Shown here: piece after piece, positions 55,183 to 64,000 of the stretch
Layout of the letters: every line of letters begins with the position of its first letter
Position numbering within the stretch: position 1 is the stretch's first letter
NCBI GenBank assembly: GCA_951406725.2
Contig: OX597832.1
Coordinates: forward strand, 17,298,001 to 17,362,000
Direction: 5' to 3'
DNA: 64,000 bases
Origin: Octopus vulgaris
Taxonomy: Eukaryota
Notes under the pieces: model-generated
Told to the model about the DNA's origin: nothing
The model's input: the letters and a program-made list of their open reading frames with translations, nothing else
Databases searched by the model: none
Program-made: the position numbers and the translations under genes

Positions 55183-55558
55183 CATTAGTTGAAAGGAGTG
55201 GTTTTCTTCTAGTTGCTCGTCCATAATAACCCAAGCTTATGCAGATATGTAACACTCGTTCTTGGAATAACTTCTAGGTGTATTGCAATTTCAGAAGCCT
55301 TCGAACGGGGTTGGTTTCCCACAATTCTATTCAAACACCGAAGCTTCCATTTTGAGGGCCCAGGTCGGCCGGGACGAGAATCTGTTGATTCTTTTCCTTG
55401 GCTTTTGAACTGCACTATAATTCTATTAACAGTAGCAAGAGGAATTTGAAGATTTTCGGCAATTTTTCGCAGGCTACAACCAAGCTCAGATTGTCCAACA
55501 ATATGACATCTTTGAAAATCAGACAGTTCTGCTGAATTTTTTTTTTTGTGCGTGGCAT
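55183..55558 (-). pseudogene. Tc1-family transposase N-terminal fragment
   Basis: MPR...ELSDFQRCHIVG...SLRKIAENLQIPLATVNRII...RPGRP...LHKLG, then frameshifted RRKPLL. Confidence 0.8.
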
Positions 55559-55743
55559 AGTTACTCTTCGTAAATATTTAATATAATGACACCTGGAAGG
55601 AAAAAGAATAATTACATTGTAAATTCTACACCGCTGAAAACATATTAAGACGTTTAGGTCAGAAATTTTGGAAATTAAACGTGTCTATTTACTTCCTGCA
55701 TGTCTGTGTATATATGTATACATACACACATATATATATACGC

Positions 55744-55799
<56 letters not shown>

Positions 55800-55961
55800 T
55801 TGTATGTGCCTATGAATTGATGTATGTACACACGCACACTCACATACACACATATATAGATTTACTACCAAGATGTATAAGAGACAACAGACTGTACGTA
55901 TCGATTGGAATATACATATATCTGTTTGCATGTTTGTGTGTGCATATATCTGAACGTATGC

Positions 55962-56032
<71 letters not shown>

Positions 56033-56133
56033 AGCATATACATATATATACATATATACGTATATGTATATAAATATATATATACATATGAAAACATATA
56101 TATATATATTTACATATAAACATATGTATAAAC

Positions 56134-56185
<52 letters not shown>

Positions 56186-56323
56186 GAGAAAGACAGAGAA
56201 GAGATATATAGACAGACAGGCATGTGCATATAAAAGATCGATAACGTTCAGTGAAGTAGACCGACAGATTTTAACAAAGTTTCAATTCTATAACGTAGTT
56301 ATTATCAATATATATATATATAT

Positions 56324-56371
<48 letters not shown>

Positions 56372-56632
56372 TTTTAGTCATCGTCTTGTTTTTTTTATTT
56401 TCACACCTTTATTCTTGTTTCTGATATGTTATTCTATCAGAGTGCTATATCACAATATGTTGTCTCTATGAAATTTTGCTTACGTACGTAATTTTATATA
56501 TACAAATATTTATGTACATGGCTGGGTGACTACGAGTCGCATAAACTTAGGATGTATATAAGTATGTGTATGTATGTATATATACATATATATATATGTG
56601 TGTGTATATGTATGCGTATATGTAGCTTTATA

Positions 56633-56696
<64 letters not shown>

Positions 56697-56826
56697 TATG
56701 TATTTGTACATGTATATGTATATGTAGGTTTATATACATGTATATATGTATATATATATATATATATATATGAATATGTAATTGTACATGTATATGTATA
56801 TGTATATGTAGGTTTATATACATGTA

Positions 56827-56868
<42 letters not shown>

Positions 56869-57433
56869 TATGTATTTGTATATGTATATGTATATGTATA
56901 TGTAGGTTTATATACATGTAAATATGTTTATATATATATATATATATGAATATGTATTTGTATATGTATAGATACATATGTGTGTGTGTGTGTGTGTGTA
57001 TGAGTGTGAGCATAGACACGTGTATATGTATGTCTATACACATACGCCCTTGCATATGCATATTTTAAGCTCGTATAATATATTTACAAATAAACACCTT
57101 CTTTCCACGAAGGTACTTGGCGGTCTGTTTAGCAAGGTATCCAGTTAACATTGTTAAACTCCCTCAGCCAAACTCTACATGCGAGTGCTTGTATGTATGC
57201 TCATATCTGAACTGATATAAAATTATAGATATATTCATACATATATACATACATACATGCATGTGTATACTTGTCTGTCTACCTTACGCTGATACGTATT
57301 TCTGTCATGTATTTTTGTATATGTGCATGCACTTAACTATGTATATATATATATATATATATAAAAAATATTTATAAATATATACATATCTCCCTCAATA
57401 CGATACACATACATACACATACATACATACATT

Positions 57434-57492
<59 letters not shown>

Positions 57493-57623
57493 TGATAGAT
57501 AGATAAATAAATATAGATGGATAAACAGATAGATGTAGGTATATCTTTATACACATATATGTAATACATCCAGGCTCCTATATACACAATAAACATATAT
57601 ACGTTTTATATATAAATATATAC

Positions 57624-57683
<60 letters not shown>

Positions 57684-57721
57684 ATAGATATATATGTGTG
57701 TGTGTGTTTATATATACATAC

Positions 57722-57761
<40 letters not shown>

Positions 57762-58239
57762 GCACACATACACACACACACATTGAAAAAAAACACACAC
57801 ACATACACATATATATCCACGCATACATAATTCTTTGTCGATTTATTTTTATGCGATTGTTGTATATTTTAATCTCCCTTTCATGTTTTAGTCCGAATTG
57901 ACCATTACTTACGCTCAGTGAACATTTTCAAACAAATCCACCCGGCCACATCAGTGTCAACAACACAGCACCCATACTTTGATCTTCTCTCTGCCGACCG
58001 CCACTACCGCCATAATAGCCCTCGCCGCCGCCCCCACCACCGCCGTCGCTGACGCCGCCTCCTGCACCGCCGCTCCATGCCAACCCACTAATATATCAGG
58101 TTCCATGCACACATGCACTAGTTACTAGAAATCTTTGAAAGCGGCAATAAAAACACAATGAATATTTGTTGCAAACATTTCTTCTGATCTGTGGGTTTTC
58201 TAGAAACTCTACGTAGATATACATAAGAATAAATACATA

Positions 58240-58278
<39 letters not shown>

Positions 58279-58584
58279 ATATATGTATATATGTATATGT
58301 ATATGTATATATATATGTATATATATACATATATGTATGTATATATATACATGTATATATATATATACATATATATATATATGTATATATGTATTTATGT
58401 ATGTGTGTATGTATGGATGTGTGTATGTATGTGCAAATACGTGTGTGTGTGTGTGTGTTGTTTGAGAGTAGTCATAGTAAATATCTTTTTTTTATAAGAT
58501 TCTGTAAGTTATCGTCCTGTGGATATTGAATGGTTAGCAGTTGTTAGCGTCTCTATGGACATTACTATCTGCTTATATGAATAT

Positions 58585-58616
<32 letters not shown>

Positions 58617-58770
58617 GAGTGTGTGTGGTGTATGTATGTTTGTGTGTGTATACATACAGATATGTTTATATACATAGATTTGTATACCATATAAATACAT
58701 TCAAACACACACATGTTACATGTATTTGCATATCTATATATCTATAACTTCTCATCTCCTTGTCTTTCTT

Positions 58771-58823
<53 letters not shown>

Positions 58824-58857
58824 GTATCTATCTATCTATGTATTTATCTATCTATCT

Positions 58858-59049
58858 TATTTTTTATTGCCCACAAGGGGCTAAACATAAAGGGGACAAA
58901 CAAGGACAGACAATCGGATTAAATCGATTATATCGACCCCAGTGCGTAACTGGTACTTAATTTATCGACCCCCGAAAGGATGAAAGACAAAGTCGACAAC
59001 AGCGGAAATTGAACTCAGAACATAAAAGACAGTCGAAATACCGCTAAGT
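58858..59049 (-). mobile_element. SINE family C copy
   Basis: Match to 36008-36230. Confidence 0.88.
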
Positions 59050-59544
59050 CAAAATGCATATATGTATATCACAACGCTTAAATATACCTAAATTATATTT
59101 CGTTTAGTTTTTATCTTGTTTCAATCATCGTTTACTTATTCTAGCAATTTCTATTGAGTAATCGCGTATCGCTAAGTTACAGGAACATAAACGAACCAAC
59201 ACCGGCTGTCATGCTGTGGTGGGTCTCAATCACAATTACATATAGTCATATGGATACGTATGTATGTATGTATGTATGTATGTATGTATGTATGTATGTA
59301 TGTATGTATGTATGTATGTATGCATGCATATAAATATCGGTAGTCACAGGTCTTAGACCGATCCGAGGCGAATTGTCTCCCTTATTCTATGATTTTCAGG
59401 TATTTTAACGACCAACGTTATTAGGGAATTTATCTTCAGCGTCGTAACTCAACAAACACTACGAATTGAAAAAAACATGTAGCATGCATGTTCAACTGAT
59501 AGTGTTTAATTTATTATTGTTGCTTTTGATTTGTAACCCAAATA

Positions 59545-60111
59545 TCGGGTTGTCCTTAAAGTTCGTGCCGATTTTAAAGGAAAGAAAGAGGTCATTAAAT
59601 ACTTGCCTATACATTTTTAATTAACCAAATATGAACAATTTTGTTGCACAATGCTTCTACATCTTTCCTTTAACTTGAAAATATCCTCTTTCCAGAATTG
59701 AGGTGGTTTCATAGCAAAGAATTTATCAAGGTATCTTATTACGTCATCCAAGTAATTGAAATTTTTACCATTAAAACTATTCTGCAGAGAGTTGAATAAA
59801 TGGAAATCCGAAGGAACAATATCTGGTGAATATGGAGGGTGGGTAACACATCCCAGGCGAGCTGCAGTAATATTTGTTTGGTTCTCAAAGCATCAAGTGC
59901 CGAAAATGAACTTTCTTATCCTCCATTTTAAAGGGTTACAACATTAACACAAGTTATAGGAACATAAACTTTCTTCCGCGAAATGATAGCTTAAACTGTG
60001 CTTTAAATGGAGGTGTAGTCAAATCCTATTTTATGGGCTCAACCATGTTCTAAAATAAGTCGAAGTTAAGCTGCTATATATATATCGGTACGAACTTTCC
60101 GGACAACACAA
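59545..60111 (-). mobile_element. Internally deleted mariner, second copy of the 14720-15285 family
   Basis: Same TIRs, TA on both sides, same deletion junction. Confidence 0.9.
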
Positions 60112-60129
60112 TACATACATAAACAATAA

Positions 60130-60671
60130 ACTTAGAAAATCCCTTGTTTATGGAATATATTCATAACCCACAATTCAAGGAATACCGGTGGAATATTCCC
60201 ATCAAAACTTCTGGCAAATTTAAACACAATAGACCGGATATTATTGTTTGGGATTAGAGGACAAAGGTAAGTACTATCATAGAGGTCAGCTGCCTTGAAC
60301 ATTGAAATATCTCTTTGAAAATCAAAGAAAAGGAGGATTTCTATGGACAACTTCTTCGAAACCTCCAGTTTCTTTAGCCAGATTATGAATTCATATTCAT
60401 AATAATAATTGGAGCTCTAGGTTTTGTTAGTAAATACTTAAAGGAGAATCTGGATGAACTAGGATTATCAGAAAGAGAAATTGACCGGCTAATTTGTACA
60501 TTATAAGGGCATCTGTGAGTGGAACAGTAAAAATATGCAAGACTTTTCTTACGTTCTAAATGTGAATTTGTCTTTATTAACTGCATCCCAAAGATGGAGC
60601 CTGTATCTTTGTTAGAAACCGGCTTCCTTCTCAGTGGAAGATTTATATGATCAGAAACAATTGAAGAGACG
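60130..60671 (+). mobile_element. Decayed RLE non-LTR retrotransposon 3' end (family 3)
   Basis: Reading through stops gives WNIPIKT...HNRPDIIVWD...IIEVSC...KEKEDFY...IIIGALG...GTVKICKTFL; the 3' end runs into tacatacata. Confidence 0.8.
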
Positions 60672-60683
60672 TACATACATACT

Positions 60684-60786
60684 ACAGGCTTATAAAGAAT
60701 AAGTCCTGGTGGTTGATTTGTTCGACTAAAGGCGGTGCTCCAGCATGACCGCGTTTAAATGACTGAAACAAGTAAAGGAATAAAGA
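60684..60786 (+). mobile_element. SINE family A, 3' fragment
   Basis: ggcggtgctccagcatgaccgc...aatgactgaaacaagtaaa. Confidence 0.85.
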
Positions 60787-60792
60787 ATGCAT

Positions 60793-60840
<48 letters not shown>

Positions 60841-61126
60841 TTATTAAGCTTTGTTTCAAGATTTCTCCCCAATAAAGAGCTGGTTTCAAATTTAGATCGA
60901 AGGGTCCTTCATTGCAATCTCAACAACACTAACTGCGTATATTTTCATGTATGTATGTATATGTGCAGCATTTGGAGTCGGTGCACGTTCAGATTTATAT
61001 GCTTCGTTTTATGTATGGATTCTCATGCATATAGTTACATGTCTAGACATGCGCATATCTATGTATGTTTGAAAGTACGGCATGTATACATATATATGCG
61101 TCTGTGTACATGTGTGTATATATATA

Positions 61127-61177
<51 letters not shown>

Positions 61178-61224
61178 ATATATATATATATGTGTGTATA
61201 TATATATATGTATATATATATATG

Positions 61225-61310
<86 letters not shown>

Positions 61311-61620
61311 TATGTATGTATGTATGTATGTATGTATTTAGCTAATCTACCAGTCGCTAGGAATTATAACCATGAAAACACACAAAATATCAATATTGTA
61401 CAGTGTTTTAATTAGCACATTTTTCTTTGTATATCACGTGATAACGGTTGAAAGTTATCTAGTACTAATGGTACGGCTAATTAAAGCCAAGCGTGACTAA
61501 TAAATTATCGAACAGATTTGTGTTCAGCGGCGTAGATGAACGAACATGTAGACAAGTAGGTTAAGCCAAGCAAAGCTTAGACAATGTAGCCTGGCTTAAT
61601 GAGCGTAGTGACCGGGATTA

Positions 61621-61871
61621 TGCGAGAGGATGCTGAAAAGTTCCTGCCTTTAAGGGACCCGCGAGAGGCCTGGTTGGAGTGGCTGTGTGGTAAGTAGCTT
61701 GCTTATGTACCACATGGTTCCGGGTTCATTTCCACGGCGTGGCAGCTTGGGCGTCTTCTACTATAGCCTCTGTGAATCTCAGAGTGTAATATATTGAATG
61801 AAATCATAATTAACTGATCCTCCTATATTTTCGTTTACCCAAAGCCACGAAATTTCAAGCACCCCTCTCAT
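61621..61871 (+). mobile_element. Mariner-derived MITE containing a SINE A 5' fragment (61676-61770)
   Basis: Decayed TIRs gagaggatgctgaaaagttcctgcctt / aagccacgaaatttcaagcacccctctc; remnant of a transposase YIE* end. Confidence 0.65.
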
Positions 61872-62274
61872 ATGTGTGTGTAGTGTATGTGTGAGGTGTG
61901 CGTGTGTGTGTGCGCATGCGATTGCGGGGGGGAGGGTCCCTTAGGTACGGGATATATTTCAGGATATTTTGTGTTCGAACAGAGACCTCTGTGTGTTTAA
62001 GGGGCTTCCTTTGCGAACACGTGGTTTCTGGTCCAGTCACAGCTTGTGGGTGATTGGACAAGTGTTTTGAAGTATGGCAGCAGGTCAACCAATACATTGT
62101 GTGTGTAGTGGGTAGTCGGAAACTATGTGGAAGCTCCTTGTATGTACACACACATACACACACACAAGCACACACTCACACATGCATACATATATATGTA
62201 TGTATGCATCTATGTATACATGCAGGTATATAAGTGTAAATATATATACATATAAACATATTCATACATATACC

Positions 62275-62362
<88 letters not shown>

Positions 62363-62558
62363 AATAGTAAGGGTAGAAATTGATATTTAATCAATTAAAT
62401 CCAGTGGCGTAGCATATCTAAAAATCCGAAGATTAAAAATTGTGTTACGTACACACAGATGCATATATTATATATATATATATATGTAAGTATGTATGTA
62501 TACATGCATACATATAAGTGCAAATATATATACATAAATACATATTCATATATATACC

Positions 62559-62614
<56 letters not shown>

Positions 62615-62621
62615 TTTATAT

Positions 62622-62652
<31 letters not shown>

Positions 62653-62866
62653 CATACATATATATATATATATATATTTATATATTTACTACGGGTACAT
62701 TTCACTCTCCGTCTAACAAATCGACTCACAATGCTTTGGTCGATCCGAGAGTAAAGTAGAAATCACTTGCCCGAAGTATCACGCACTGAGACTGATAATT
62801 TATAAAATTATCCTTGGCCTGAAGTATAGCCTGCGGTGTACATCTTGCCCGGACATTTATATGAAA

Positions 62867-63251
62867 CTAGCAGTATCGCCCGGCGTTGCTCTGGTTTGTA
62901 AGGGAAATAACTATAAAGCATTTTTACAGAGTTATAGCCAAAAAATAGCCAAAAAATGGAAAAAAATGATGGTAACTTTTTTTGAGAGTTAAAAAAGGTG
63001 GAGTTGCGTCCCCTAGACAGTTTGCGGTTTGTGTTTCTGATTCTCGACCCCATGTCGAATTTATCGATTTTTTTCAGAACTGGGGGAACTTTTCAAAATT
63101 TTCGCTGCGTTAGTTTTGAATTATGACATTGGGCAATGTGTGTGTGTCAAGTTTCATCAGAATCGGTTGAAAGCCGTGGTCAGGGTGAGGGTACAAGCAA
63201 ACATACACACAGAAACACGCACAGACAAACTGCCGTTTATATAGAGAGAGA
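62867..63251 (-). mobile_element. Non-autonomous Helitron (385 bp)
   Basis: Minus strand starts A|TC, ends CTAG|T, has an imperfect GC hairpin (ccagagcaacgccggg) ~10 bp before the end, and no TSD. Confidence 0.85.
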
Positions 63252-63390
63252 TTATTATAGAATCAGTAGTCAGGCTTAAAAATATATAAGTATTGGGAGC
63301 GATTCGTTCAACGAAATCGCTTCAAGGCGGTACCCCAGCGTGACTGCAGAAGTTAAAGCATGACTAAAAGAAGTTAAAGAAATAGAAGTC

Positions 63391-63530
63391 TACATTATTT
63401 ACATTATTTACATTAGACGGATGTTTGTCTTCATCTTGTTTGTTGTTAACACAACGTTTCGGCTGATATATCCGTCAAATGTAAATAATACAAATAATGG
63501 ATATAATTCCTCATCTCTTAAATATAGTAC
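63391..63530. mobile_element. Small hairpin insert with half hammerhead
   Basis: Minus strand CAGCC GAAA CG TT GTGT is truncated in helix II; attatttacattagacggat is inverted to atccgtcaaatgtaaataat. Confidence 0.55.
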
Positions 63531-63593
63531 TGGATTAGAAGTCTGTTTCTGAGTAAAATAGTCCAATGATTCCTGTGCTATTTTTTCGGTATA

Positions 63594-64000
63594 CAGTAAT
63601 CACTCACCATATCGCGGTTCACCTATCGCGCCTTTAATACATCGCGGATTCCTCAGTATATCGTGGTTTTTCTGCGGCCGATAGATATTTATATTCTTTT
63701 TTTAGATTTGAATTATTTCTGTGATAAAATAAGCATTTTCACATCTAAAAATTAGTAATTTAATAGATAAAAATAAGTGCAGTACTGCACTGTATAACAT
63801 TACTTAAAATATATCAAAAGAAAATACGTAGTGTACCGTGGTTTGGCAAACAAAGAATCGTACATACTGTATAGAAAACGAAACTCGGGAGGCAATAAAA
63901 AGAAAAAAGAAGACACGGGTACTCCTAAGAGTGTGGGAAGAGTTTATGAAAGCTCAAATGTATCAAAATATTTAAATAAATATACACAAATTATAAAAAT
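63594..64000 (+). mobile_element. pogo/Tigger-like element left end (continues past window)
   Basis: TA|CAGTAATCACTCACCATATCGCGGTTCAC with repeated atcgcg subterminal motifs; the other TIR is not in the window. Confidence 0.55.

Noticed and set aside
57908-58080. GC-rich possible minus-strand exon with GTAAG donor
   Set aside because: All three frames hit stops before the donor, and the GC content comes from degenerate (CCG/CCA)n.

Overview
AT-rich eukaryotic intergenic or intronic DNA, most likely from an octopus or other coleoid cephalopod (inferred from the SINE repertoire and extreme microsatellite density). No host protein-coding gene is supportable, and nearly all ORFs in the track are translated microsatellites. 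The window is a mosaic of simple repeats and mobile-element debris: at least four tRNA-headed SINE families, three distinct R4/Dong-like RLE non-LTR retrotransposon 3' ends sitting in microsatellites, a CR1-type LINE tail, a decayed Ty3/Gypsy integrase, a full-length mariner plus deleted mariner derivatives, a Tc1 fragment, a pogo-like end and Helitron/Helentron derivatives. The main signal these do not explain is a set of short ORF-less inserts, mostly in (TA)n tracts. They carry minimal type I hammerhead ribozyme motifs, including non-canonical cores (UUGAAAA with U3:A8, and CCGANGA with U4C in unrelated families), and they are repeatedly arranged as tandem-plus-inverted copies or long hairpins. 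This is the architecture of Penelope-like pseudo-LTRs and retrozymes. All alignments and folds were done by eye, and coordinates of decayed elements are approximate.
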